The notes below the pieces were generated by a model, which did no database searches, was not told the origin of the DNA, and saw only the letters and a program-made list of their open reading frames with translations. From positions 1,707,273-1,771,272 of the forward strand of contig OZ244950.1 of NCBI GenBank assembly GCA_965222435.1: DNA of 64,000 nt, given 5' to 3'. The stretch is from Candidatus Poribacteria bacterium. GTDB taxonomy: Bacteria; Poribacteria; WGA-4E; PCPOR2b. The translations under genes and the position numbers were made by a program. Of the stretch, positions 9,344 through 18,688 are shown piece by piece (position 1 is the first letter of the stretch; each line of letters starts with the position of its first letter).

Positions 9344-9401
9344 AAACTCGGTTTCTGTTGCACGATTTCTTAACACGAGCGACCATTAATAGGAGTGAGC
9401 G

Positions 9402-10178
9402 ATGCTGACCGATGCACAACTCTACCATTTCGCTGTTCACGGTTGGGTACTCCAAGAGGACGTATTCAGTCCTGAAGAGGTCGATGCCTTCAAGTGCGGA
9501 CTTGATCAACTCTATGAAAGAAAAGTCTCGACAATGAAGGACTCCGAAGACATCAAGAACATCAACAACATGGTGAACTACGACCCAATCTATCGGGATT
9601 GGATGATGTCGCCGAAAATCCTCCCCGTTCTGAAGCAGCTCTTGGGAACACCACCCCGTTTTGAGTGCTGTCACGCGATGATAAAATCCCCACACCCCGA
9701 CCGGACGAAACGGCGCGATGAACTTCGGGATACGGAAAAGATGGGGTGGCATCGCGGCATTCGACCAAAATATGGTATCGTGCCGGCGAACAACCATCCC
9801 TACATCAACACAACCTTCCTCAACAACGCCACCTACCTGACGGACGTTGATCCTGAACATGGCGGCACAATGATCCTAGACGGCTCACACCGAATCGAGG
9901 CGAAGGATTGGAAAGAAATTTTCGATCCCGCGATGGTCGTTCAGATTGAAGCAAAGGCGGGATCGGTGATGCACTTCACGGAGGCGTTGGTTCATACCGG
10001 TGTCCCGATCCTCTCCGAGCAAACTCGCTATACGATGTTCTACGGTTTCACTCCGCCGTGGATGCAGTGTTGGCCCGGATGTAGCCCGACACAGGAAGTC
10101 ATTGACGCCAGCGAAGGGGAACTCAAGGAAATCCTCGGAGGACGCACGGGATATATGGGACAGTACGGACCTGAGTGA
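9402..10178 (+). CDS. phytanoyl-CoA dioxygenase family protein
   Basis: 258 aa; LTDVDPEHGGTMILDGSHR and FTEALVHTG motifs. Confidence 0.7.
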   Translation: MLTDAQLYHFAVHGWVLQEDVFSPEEVDAFKCGLDQLYERKVSTMKDSEDIKNINNMVNYDPIYRDWMMSPKILPVLKQLLGTPPRFECCHAMIKSPHPDRTKRRDELRDTEKMGWHRGIRPKYGIVPANNHPYINTTFLNNATYLTDVDPEHGGTMILDGSHRIEAKDWKEIFDPAMVVQIEAKAGSVMHFTEALVHTGVPILSEQTRYTMFYGFTPPWMQCWPGCSPTQEVIDASEGELKEILGGRTGYMGQYGPE

Positions 10179-10233
10179 GTAGAACCCTACGAACCCAAAA
10201 TCTGAATCCCTTGTGAGAAGGAGGGTATATTCA

Positions 10234-11040
10234 ATGCTATCCGATTTGGAAGTTGGACAATTTTGGACATTCGGGTTCACTGTCTTGAGAGGCTGCCTGA
10301 GCGAAAAAGAGGTAGACCGTCTACAGGAAACACACAATCGCGTCATTGCAGACGCACCGGTCTACAACTATTTCGCCGAGAACGGCACCCGGATGCTGAG
10401 CCCTTTCGTCCAAGCGGACGATGAATTCGCAGAGTTAATCGAGCATCCCGGTGTGATGGAAGCCATGCGCGATATCTGGGGGACAGAGTGTCTCTATATT
10501 GCCGGCAGCGATATGTGGGCGAACCGAGATGACACCCCTTGGCACACCGACGGTCAGCCGGGGCGACAGAACGTCACGCTCAAGACCGCCATATACCTCG
10601 ATGAGCAGTCCAAAGATCTGGGATCGTTGAACCTGATTCCCGGCAGCCACCATCCTGAATACTCTGCAGCACTCTTCCGATCCTGCGGTTACTGGGATAG
10701 GGGAAGACCCCGCCTGCGCCTCGATCCCCATGCAATTCCGGGAGTTCTCTCCGTCCAGACCTGTCCCGGAGATGTTGTGTTGTGGGACAATCGCCTGTGG
10801 CACTCCGCCTTCAAACGCAAGGACGGTCGTCCCCGGCGGACGATGTTTATCGGCTATATACCGGACCCCCAAGATGACCTGCTCGCGATCAAAGACCTTC
10901 GTACGACGATTGAAACTCAATCAACTGAGCAGCAGCCGTTCGTCTATAGCAAGGAGATGATGGAAAAGGGTTGTCCTAGGCGCGAGAAGATGGCGGTACG
11001 GCTAGAGGAATTGGGCGTGGAAAAGGTGAGAGAAACATAA
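10234..11040 (+). CDS. phytanoyl-CoA dioxygenase family protein
   Basis: PhyH-like (LNLIPGSHH, VVLWDNRLWHSAF); start set at internal ATG preceded by aggagg. Confidence 0.65.
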   Translation: MLSDLEVGQFWTFGFTVLRGCLSEKEVDRLQETHNRVIADAPVYNYFAENGTRMLSPFVQADDEFAELIEHPGVMEAMRDIWGTECLYIAGSDMWANRDDTPWHTDGQPGRQNVTLKTAIYLDEQSKDLGSLNLIPGSHHPEYSAALFRSCGYWDRGRPRLRLDPHAIPGVLSVQTCPGDVVLWDNRLWHSAFKRKDGRPRRTMFIGYIPDPQDDLLAIKDLRTTIETQSTEQQPFVYSKEMMEKGCPRREKMAVRLEELGVEKVRET

Positions 11041-11089
11041 CTCTCCGGCAAGAAAACCCACGGAAACATGCGAAAGAAGGAAAAAGACG

Positions 11090-12166
11090 ATGACGGATAG
11101 ATCTCATCCGCTGCGCGTCGGCGTTGTTGGTTGTGGTGGTTTTGGACGCAATGCCTATGTGAACAATGTCGTTGAAAACCCTGACGCCAGCTTGGTCGCA
11201 CTCTGCGACGTCGATCTGGCACAGGCGGAAGCCGCCGCACGTGAAGTCTTTGATGAGGGTGGCAGAGAACCGCGTCCGGCACTTTACGCAGACTATCAAG
11301 CGATGATCGACCAAGAATCTCTTGATGTCGTCATGGTTGGAACGATGGCAGGTGTCCGTCCGCGTGTGGCAATCTATGCGTTGAATGCCGGTGCGCACGT
11401 CCTCGCTGCCAAGCCGATGGCACCGTCCTTGGCAGAGGCGGAGGAGATGCTCCAGAAGGCAAAGGAAGCGGACAGGATTCTGATGGTCGGCTATAACTTC
11501 CGATTCCGCGATGATGCACAGGTCGTGCACCGCTTTATCCGTGACGGTGGCATCGGGACACCCCGCTTTGCCCGTGCTTGGTCATTTGCCCCTAGCGTAC
11601 CAATCCGCGGATCCCACTACAAAGCAAGGTCAGGGGGCGGCTCACTCGCCAGAACTGGGGTTCACGCGATGGACTTGGCAATCTGGTTCCTTGGCAATCC
11701 ACCGCTCATCTCCGTGCATGGCCGGGCGGTCTCACGCTTTGCCACCCTTCCTGCACTGCCCTCCGAATTGGAACCCCTCCGAGGTGACTACGACGATCCA
11801 GATCTGGTCAGCGGCTATGTCCACTTCGCCGATGGCGTCACGCTGTCCGTCGAGAGTATGTGGATGGCACCGCCGCAGATCGGCGATAACGGTGTCGAGG
11901 TGTGGGGAACGCAAGGCTACGTTTCGGTGACACCGTTACAATTGCTGACTTGGCAGGATGGCGATTACGCCGATGTGACCGAGCAGGTTGCTCCGGGCGT
12001 TGCCAATTCCTTCCATGACCACTCGAGCAACCGGCTATGCCGCGAGGTCTTTCATTTCATCGACTGCGTTCTCGGCAGAGCGACACCGCTTATAACGCCG
12101 CAAGAGATGTGGACGGATCAGGCAATCGTCGATGGAATCTACGCCGGCACGAAAGTAGTGAAATAA
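11090..12166 (+). CDS. Gfo/Idh/MocA family oxidoreductase
   Basis: N-terminal Rossmann motif LRVGVVGCGGFGRNAYV and family-typical length (358 aa). Confidence 0.75.
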   Translation: MTDRSHPLRVGVVGCGGFGRNAYVNNVVENPDASLVALCDVDLAQAEAAAREVFDEGGREPRPALYADYQAMIDQESLDVVMVGTMAGVRPRVAIYALNAGAHVLAAKPMAPSLAEAEEMLQKAKEADRILMVGYNFRFRDDAQVVHRFIRDGGIGTPRFARAWSFAPSVPIRGSHYKARSGGGSLARTGVHAMDLAIWFLGNPPLISVHGRAVSRFATLPALPSELEPLRGDYDDPDLVSGYVHFADGVTLSVESMWMAPPQIGDNGVEVWGTQGYVSVTPLQLLTWQDGDYADVTEQVAPGVANSFHDHSSNRLCREVFHFIDCVLGRATPLITPQEMWTDQAIVDGIYAGTKVVK

Positions 12167-12198
12167 GTTGCTAGTTCCGTTGAATCTGACAGCACGTA

Positions 12199-12423
12199 GG
12201 TTGGGTTGAACGACATTCATAAAACATACTTAAATCGCTCCTCTTGGATTGCGGAAATCTATTCAACTTGAAATCTCACAAATTCTAGTGAAACCCAACT
12301 CTTGATACATGGATTAGATGTTGGGTTTCACTGTATCTATTTATAAAACAGTGTTATCGAAAGACTAAACCACGATCGTCATTGATAGCGATGCGCTTTG
12401 AACAGTTCAACCCAACCTACAGC
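12199..12423. repeat. MITE-like element with 16-bp terminal inverted repeats
   Basis: gtaggttgggttgaac at 12199..12214 and its reverse complement gttcaacccaacctac at 12408..12423 flank an AT-rich core with an inner inverted repeat (agtgaaacccaac / gttgggtttcact). Confidence 0.35.
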
Positions 12424-12438
12424 CAACACTGTGCGGAA

Positions 12439-12470
12439 GAAACCGAGTTTTGAAGAAAAAACTCGGTTTC
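12439..12470. terminator. palindromic hairpin gaaaccgagtttt-gaag-aaaaaactcggtttc between convergent genes
   Basis: Perfect 13-bp stem; lies between the 3' ends of the + strand oxidoreductase and the - strand redoxin gene; same family as 8254 and 33510. Confidence 0.45.
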
Positions 12471-12512
12471 AGGGCAAATAACTTTACCCAAAATGGCTTT
12501 TCAAACAGGTTC

Positions 12513-13070
12513 TTAGAGAAACGCTTTCTCTCTCGATTCCTCCGAGACATCCCACGCACGGTCATATTCATAGTCGTCCCGACGCGCTAACAGTGCCCGC
12601 AGATCGTGTCGCAGTTCCTCCACGGTGGGTCTTCCAACAAACCACCAACCGTTGTAAATCTTGTAGATCTCCCGGTCCGCGTTAAGGACGAAAGTATAGG
12701 GGATAGGAATCGGCGAGTGGCGGGCGTCCGTGTTGTCTACAATGTCCAATTCATTGATCAATGCCCGGTCAAGGTCAATCAGGAAGGGCCACGTCGCGCC
12801 GATACGTTCACGAAGCGCCCTCGTTGTTTCCTGATCATCAACTGAGACAGCAATTAGCCTACAGTAGTTGACTTCTAGTTCGGGCTGCAAATCTTTTGCG
12901 TAATTCTCCAACTGGAGAACATCCTTCGGTCAATATGCCCCACGCCAGAAGACCAAGACCGTGGGCCAACCACGCATCAAATCCTCCAGCGTTCTGACCA
13001 TGCCATCTTGATCGGGACGTTCAAAGTTCGGGAATATGTTGCCCGGTATCAAATCTTCACGGATCTTCAT
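12513..13070 (-). CDS. thioredoxin-fold redoxin (peroxiredoxin-like) with in-frame TGA: candidate selenoprotein
   Basis: ATG at 13070..13068 preceded by aggagg (5-nt spacer); reading frame is continuous with listed ORF 12513..12911 except for one TGA at 12932..12930; translation ...TVLVFWRGAY-U-PKDVLQLENYAKDLQ... places TGA at the expected redox-Cys position. Confidence 0.6.
12904..12919 (-). promoter_or_regulatory. candidate bacterial SECIS hairpin
   Basis: uucucc-AGUU-ggagaa hairpin beginning 14 nt after the in-frame UGA, apical loop contains GU. Confidence 0.4.
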
Positions 13071-13146
13071 TGTAACCTCCTGCCTTACGAAACCACATGT
13101 ATAGGACTTATCAGTTCACCCAACCAATGAACTCATAATGAACTTC

Positions 13147-13170
13147 TCACGCATTACGTATCACGTTTTA
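13147..13170 (-). repeat. 7-nt-periodic stop-codon motif at gene end (TAA-TGA-TAA-TGA)
   Basis: Minus-strand stops at 13170, 13163, 13156, 13149, covering all three frames. Confidence 0.4.
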
Positions 13171-14346
13171 CGAGGCTTGTACCTCTTCCCATCGCTCCGT
13201 CTCCCATGAGCGTTCAATCGCGCCCAACACCTTAGCCACAGCCAACGCCTCACGAAAAGCAGGCTCACCTTGGTGTCCATCTCGGATCGACTTCAAGAAT
13301 TGATAGGCTTCGATCATCTTCAAATCTTCGTAGCCTAAACCGACACCGGGGCCGGGATTGAAATGTGCATGAAACGGGTGTTCGGGACCACTCACGATGC
13401 GAGTGTAACCATTAGGCGCACCATCGTTGTCAGAAAGAAACAGATGGAGTTCATTCATACGCTCAAAGTCCCAGTGTACCGCGCCGCGCGTACCGTGCAC
13501 CTCAAACGCCATCTGACACTCGGGACCATTTATGACACGGCACCCTTCCAGTGTGCCATGCGCCCCATTAGAAAATTGCACCAATGCACCGACATAATCT
13601 TCGTTGGTGACTTCGCCTATTGGACCATCTGTGCGGACAGAAAAATGCGTACCTTCGCCGGGGGTAGCAAGCGGACGTTCTGAGAAGAAAGTCTCGCGGT
13701 TGCCCACCAAACGGTTGATCGGACCGGCTATCATCTGCGCCATATCAACGACATGCGACATCAGATCGCCCAAAGTACCTAGACCCGCCACCTCACGCTG
13801 AAAACGCCACGACAGCACAGCGTGCGGATTGCTAGCGTAACCCGCAAAGAAACGCCCTCGATAGTGTGTGAGCCTGCCGAGACACCCTTCCTCAATCAGC
13901 TGCCGGGCGTACTGCACAAGCGGTGTCCATCGGTAATTATAGCCCACACAGGTCAAAACGCCAGCCCGTCGAGCGGCATCTTCGATCGCAGCGGTCTCTT
14001 GTGGATTTCGACCAACAGGTTTCTCACAGAAGATATGCTTCCCCGCTTCGGCAGCCGCTCTCGCAATTTCGAGGTGCATATTGTTTGGCGCGGTGATGTT
14101 GACGAGCTCCACCTCCGGATCAGCAATAACCTGTCTCCAATCCGTAGCGTATCTTTCAAAGCCTAAAAACGTCTGTGCTTCACGGGCACGGGCTTCCACC
14201 TCATCGGCGCAGATGACCAAGCGCGGCTGAATGTCACAGTCCTGAAAGCGGATCGGAATCTGTCGGTAGGAGCGGCTGTGCACAGTTCCCATCCACCCCA
14301 TACCGATAACACCGATGCCTATCGTTCGTGCCATAGCTGACCTCAA
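13168..14346 (-). CDS. Gfo/Idh/MocA family oxidoreductase
   Basis: N-terminal [16 protein letters not shown] Rossmann motif; 392 aa. Confidence 0.75.
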   Translation of the reverse strand: MRSAMARTIGIGVIGMGWMGTVHSRSYRQIPIRFQDCDIQPRLVICADEVEARAREAQTFLGFERYATDWRQVIADPEVELVNITAPNNMHLEIARAAAEAGKHIFCEKPVGRNPQETAAIEDAARRAGVLTCVGYNYRWTPLVQYARQLIEEGCLGRLTHYRGRFFAGYASNPHAVLSWRFQREVAGLGTLGDLMSHVVDMAQMIAGPINRLVGNRETFFSERPLATPGEGTHFSVRTDGPIGEVTNEDYVGALVQFSNGAHGTLEGCRVINGPECQMAFEVHGTRGAVHWDFERMNELHLFLSDNDGAPNGYTRIVSGPEHPFHAHFNPGPGVGLGYEDLKMIEAYQFLKSIRDGHQGEPAFREALAVAKVLGAIERSWETERWEEVQAS

Positions 14347-14362
14347 AGTTTAGGGGCTTCCG

Positions 14363-14986
14363 CTAAGTGCGTTCTAATGCGATCTTGCATATCGTCTTTT
14401 CTGCGTCATCGCCGTACCAGAGATGGGTGCCATCCCACGTCAACCCATGTGGTTCGCCGGGACACTCAAAGGAATCGAGCACCTCCCCGGAATTCGGGTC
14501 AATTTGGGAGATAATGTGCGTGTCGGTGTCTGCGCTCCACAGCGTCGCTCCATCCCAAGCAATCCCGTGAGGCCGTGTGCCGGGTGAAGGAAATTCTGCT
14601 AGTATCTCCCCTGTTTCAGGAGACACCTTATAGTGCCGATCTGACTGCACATCAGCGCTCCACAGAGATTCGCCATCCCAAGCGAGACCGTGCGGACTTG
14701 GTCCCGGTGGTGGAAATGAGGTGACAACTTTCAAATCCGACACAGTTAATTTGTATAGGATCTTTTCCCTGATATCAGTATACCAGAAATAGGTGCCGTC
14801 ACATTCGAGCCCGCTGGACCCGGCTGTAGGCGGGTTTACGGTAAGGATAACCTCACCGGTCTGCGGATTAATTTTATGTAACGTCCCGCCACCTTCGACA
14901 CTCCAAATGGCTCCGCCTTGCCAAGCCAGCCCGTTGGTGCCAGGTCCCGGACAGTTAAAGCTAGTTGCGATTGATGCTTTTAACAT
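14363..14986 (-). CDS. beta-propeller-like repeat protein (glutaminyl-cyclase-like blades)
   Basis: Four repeats of P-x-G-x-x-PHGLAWDG-x-x-LW; start set at internal ATG 14986 preceded by aggaga. Confidence 0.45.
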   Translation of the reverse strand: MLKASIATSFNCPGPGTNGLAWQGGAIWSVEGGGTLHKINPQTGEVILTVNPPTAGSSGLECDGTYFWYTDIREKILYKLTVSDLKVVTSFPPPGPSPHGLAWDGESLWSADVQSDRHYKVSPETGEILAEFPSPGTRPHGIAWDGATLWSADTDTHIISQIDPNSGEVLDSFECPGEPHGLTWDGTHLWYGDDAEKTICKIALERT

Positions 14987-15184
14987 TGTTAATCTCCTTC
15001 CCATGATTGAGGGACTAAATTTTACCCTCAGTCCTGATTTATGGTAGATTTTAGAATTACTTAGATTCTCCCAATGCACAGCCAACCCCCTAAATCCCCC
15101 TTATCAGGGGGACTTTGGAAACTTCCTGAAGGTCGGAGTTATTGTAGATGCCTACTTATTTCTCTAATTCACCATAGTTGTTGA

Positions 15185-16402
15185 TTACGGTCGTACCACC
15201 GATCCATCTGCCTTCCGATCTTCGGCGGCGTAATTGGGTCTTTTGGCTTGTTCCGCGTTCAGCATTTGCGCCGCCTTCGCCTCGTCAATGTCAATCCCCA
15301 GTCCCGGTTGGTCATTGGCGTAAAGGTATCCGCCTTCAAGAATCGCGTGACCGGGGAAGATGTCGAGTTCCTCTTGACCGAAGTGATTCTCCTCCTGAAT
15401 ACCGAAACTCCAACTCGCCAGATCTAAGTGCATCGCCGCCACTTGATTTACGGGGTCATTGTCTCCCCCCTCCTGCCATGCGGTATTGACCCCGAACCAT
15501 TCACAGAGGGTGGCAATCTTACGACACGGGGTGATGCCGCCGGCCTTTGATACCCGGACCCGGACGAAGTCAATCAGCCGCTCGGTGATGAGGGCTGTCC
15601 ATTCATGAGGATTGATAAATAGTTCGCCCATCGCCTGCGGAGTGGTGCACTGCTGCCGAATGAGACGAAACCAATCAATCTGCTCAGGTGAGAGGACATC
15701 CTCAAGAAAGTAGAGCCGGTAAGGCTCTAGGAGCTTCGACAACGTCACCGCGCATTGAGGGCGGAGGTGCTCGTGGACATCGTGCGTGAGTTTCGGTCCG
15801 AACCCCAACTTCGATCGCAGATATTCAAACATTTTCGGGATGCTTTCAAGGTATGCTTCATCATCGAAGGCAGGCGCATTGGACCAAGCATTCCTCGGCT
15901 GCCCGGCTTTATCAGCTTCAATGAATCCACCGCCCCCATACCCACCAAGCTGACATCGAATGACCGAGTACCCCTCTTCCATGTAGCGACGGATATCGTC
16001 CTCAAGTTCGACGAAATCGCCGCCACCGGCATGGGCATAGCACGGCACGGCAGAACGACAGGGACCACCGAGAAGTTGATAGACCGGCATCCCCGCCTCT
16101 TTCCCCTTGATGTCCCAAAGTGCCATGTCAATGCCGCCCAATGCAGTGTTCGAGATTGCCCCATTCCGCCAGTAACCACTGGTAAGGGTGGACTGCCAGA
16201 TATCTTCAATATGCCCAACCTCCCGACCAATCAGGCGGGGGGCGATGCACTCCTCAATCGCTGTGACGACGGTTTGTGCATGGTAATGGTCGCTGGCAGA
16301 ACCGATGCCGTAGAGCCCCGGCTGGTCGGTGGTGATTTTCACAATAACCCAAGTTCCATTTACCCGTGTACGAATACATCGAATTTCTTTGATTTTTGCC
16401 AT
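15185..16402 (-). CDS. enolase-superfamily dehydratase (mandelate racemase / muconate lactonizing enzyme family)
   Basis: 405 aa; N-terminal capping domain pattern (IKEIRCIRTRV...WVIVKITTDQPGLYGIGSAS) and barrel-domain acidic residues typical of sugar-acid dehydratases. Confidence 0.65.
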   Translation of the reverse strand: MAKIKEIRCIRTRVNGTWVIVKITTDQPGLYGIGSASDHYHAQTVVTAIEECIAPRLIGREVGHIEDIWQSTLTSGYWRNGAISNTALGGIDMALWDIKGKEAGMPVYQLLGGPCRSAVPCYAHAGGGDFVELEDDIRRYMEEGYSVIRCQLGGYGGGGFIEADKAGQPRNAWSNAPAFDDEAYLESIPKMFEYLRSKLGFGPKLTHDVHEHLRPQCAVTLSKLLEPYRLYFLEDVLSPEQIDWFRLIRQQCTTPQAMGELFINPHEWTALITERLIDFVRVRVSKAGGITPCRKIATLCEWFGVNTAWQEGGDNDPVNQVAAMHLDLASWSFGIQEENHFGQEELDIFPGHAILEGGYLYANDQPGLGIDIDEAKAAQMLNAEQAKRPNYAAEDRKADGSVVRP

Positions 16403-16761
16403 AGAAAGTTTCTCTTTTTGTCGTACCCATAATTCTCTTGAAAAAGTGCTGCGCTCTCCACGTCCCCCGATGAAGCATCGGGACTAAGAAGTCCGCGGTT
16501 GATTCTAATCTATAAGTTCTCATCTACTTATTTTGATTGTTGACCGATACATAAACCATCACAATTTTCTCTAACATAACCCACTTGGAGTGCGTTGTCA
16601 ACAAGAAATTGCTCTTATGCTTACAAAACCATCCCGCATTTTTTTCTTGATTATTTTCTCAGAATCGCCTATCATTTCCTTGTTTTACCCCTGTTTTTAC
16701 GAGGGCAAACTCGGGCAGACCTGAAGATCCAACAACCAAACACAAAAGGAGACACAAGCAA

Positions 16762-17193
16762 ATGATCTTGACATTTTTGGATAAACATCGACACATCGGT
16801 TTATTAATCCTTCGGATCGGACTTGGGTGTATGTTCCTCTTTCACGGGTTCCCGAAACTGTTTGGCGGTCCCGAGAAATGGGAAAAGGTCGGTGGAGCGA
16901 TGGCAGCCTTCGGTATTACGTTCATACCGGCGTTTTGGGGATTCATGGCTGCGATTTCGGAGTCTTTAGGAGGTATCTGTCTCATCCTCGGTCTCTTTCT
17001 TAGACCCGCCTGTATCCTTATGACAATAACGATGTTGGTCGCTACCGTTTCCCATCTAAGTCGCGGGGATGGGTTGGGGGGTGCCTCGCATGCGATCGAA
17101 GTTGGCATCGTTTTTCTGAGCTTGATTCTGATTGGACCCGGTAAGTACAGCCTTGATGAAAAATTAAACTCGGCTCGCGGCGATGACACATAA
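16762..17193 (+). CDS. DoxX family membrane protein
   Basis: 143 aa, four predicted TM helices, LLILRIGLGCMFLFHGFPKLFGG motif. Confidence 0.65.
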   Translation: MILTFLDKHRHIGLLILRIGLGCMFLFHGFPKLFGGPEKWEKVGGAMAAFGITFIPAFWGFMAAISESLGGICLILGLFLRPACILMTITMLVATVSHLSRGDGLGGASHAIEVGIVFLSLILIGPGKYSLDEKLNSARGDDT

Positions 17194-17220
17194 TACCGTT
17201 TGACACACAGGGAAAATTAA

Positions 17221-18087
17221 ATGGCAGAAAGAGATTACTACGAAGTCCTTGGAGTCAATCGAAACGCATCTCCAGAGGAGATTAAACGCGCTTACCGCAA
17301 GGTCGCGCTGAAGCATCATCCCGATAAAAATCCGGGAGATAAGACGGCGGAAGAGAAATTCAAAGAAGCCTCAAATGCTTACGACGTGCTATCGGATCCC
17401 GAGAAGCGGAAGATCTACGACATACGCGGACATGCGGGAGTCCATAACGCTGGATTTCAGGGATACACAAACTTTGAGGATATTTTCACCAATTTTGGAG
17501 ACATCTTTGGGCGTGAGGTCTTTGGGAATTTCGGTGATGTATTCGGAGATGTATTCAGTAGGGAAAATCCCACCGGCTTCGGACCACAACGCCGCGGCAA
17601 TTTGCGAACAAGACTGACAATCCCATTTGGGGAATCTATATTGGGTGCCGAAAAGCGGATTCAGGTGAACGACAGAACCCTTACCATTAAGATTCCGCCG
17701 GGCATTAAAGACGGTCAATCATTACGGCTTGCCGGTCAAGGAGACCTGAATGCGAGTGGACAGCGCGGTTCACTGATTGTGAAAATCGCTGTTCAACCGC
17801 ACCCAAATTTTAAGCGGGAGAATATAGATCTCGTGACCCAAACTACGGTGCCTTTCACGACCGCAGCTTTAGGCGGGAAAGTGCGTGTGCCAACCCTGAA
17901 GGGACATATTGATCTGAAGATTCCTGCGGGGACGCAGCCGGAGCAACAGTTGAGGGTTCGTGGGGGTGGTGTTGTCGATTCGTCGAAGCGCAAAGGCGAT
18001 TTGCGCGTCCAGATCAAGATTGAAATTCCACGTTCCTTGACAAGAAAACAGAAGGAATTACTAAAAGAGCTGGAAAAAACCTTATAA
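17221..18087 (+). CDS. DnaJ-domain protein (CbpA-like co-chaperone)
   Basis: J domain with HPD motif (DYYEVLGV...[17 protein letters not shown]); no Cys-rich zinc finger. Confidence 0.7.
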   Translation: MAERDYYEVLGVNRNASPEEIKRAYRKVALKHHPDKNPGDKTAEEKFKEASNAYDVLSDPEKRKIYDIRGHAGVHNAGFQGYTNFEDIFTNFGDIFGREVFGNFGDVFGDVFSRENPTGFGPQRRGNLRTRLTIPFGESILGAEKRIQVNDRTLTIKIPPGIKDGQSLRLAGQGDLNASGQRGSLIVKIAVQPHPNFKRENIDLVTQTTVPFTTAALGGKVRVPTLKGHIDLKIPAGTQPEQQLRVRGGGVVDSSKRKGDLRVQIKIEIPRSLTRKQKELLKELEKTL

Positions 18088-18166
18088 TCCAGTAACTGAT
18101 GAGCGGTAGCACCGTGCAAGGTGTGTCTGTGCCACTTATTACACATTACGACAAATAGGCGGTTAA

Positions 18167-18631
18167 ATGAACCCAGAGAAAACCTTAGTTTTGATTAAAC
18201 CGGACGGCGTTCAACGCGGACTAATTGGCGAAATCATCGCCCGCTTTGAGCGAAAAGGACTCAAAATAGTAGGACTGAAATTACTCAACCTCCCAAAAGA
18301 TCGAGCAGATCAACTTTACGTGCCACATCAGGGGAAGTTTTTTTACGACTACCTCATCCAATTTATGACCTCAACGCCGATCGTAGCGATCGCCCTTGAG
18401 GGTCAAAATGCCATTGAACTGGTACGTCTAGTAAACGGGGCAACAAGGCCCAACGAATCCCAACCCGGCAGTATTCGTGGAGATTTCTCGATTGACATCA
18501 CTCACAACGTTGTCCACGCTTCAGATTCTCCTGAGAACGCGGAACGTGAGTTAAACATTCTATTTGATCCAAGCGAACTTGTTGACTATCCACGAATTGA
18601 TGATGTGATTCTCTATAGCCCGGAACTGTAG
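18167..18631 (+). CDS. ndk: nucleoside-diphosphate kinase
   Basis: TLVLIKPDGVQRGLIGEIIARFERKGLKIVGLK and NVVHASDSPENAERE active-site His region. Confidence 0.85.
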   Translation: MNPEKTLVLIKPDGVQRGLIGEIIARFERKGLKIVGLKLLNLPKDRADQLYVPHQGKFFYDYLIQFMTSTPIVAIALEGQNAIELVRLVNGATRPNESQPGSIRGDFSIDITHNVVHASDSPENAERELNILFDPSELVDYPRIDDVILYSPEL

Positions 18632-18688
18632 TCCACCGTACAACAAGTTGCGTCAAGTGTAACGAAGCAGCATCGCAGAGGGAAAATC

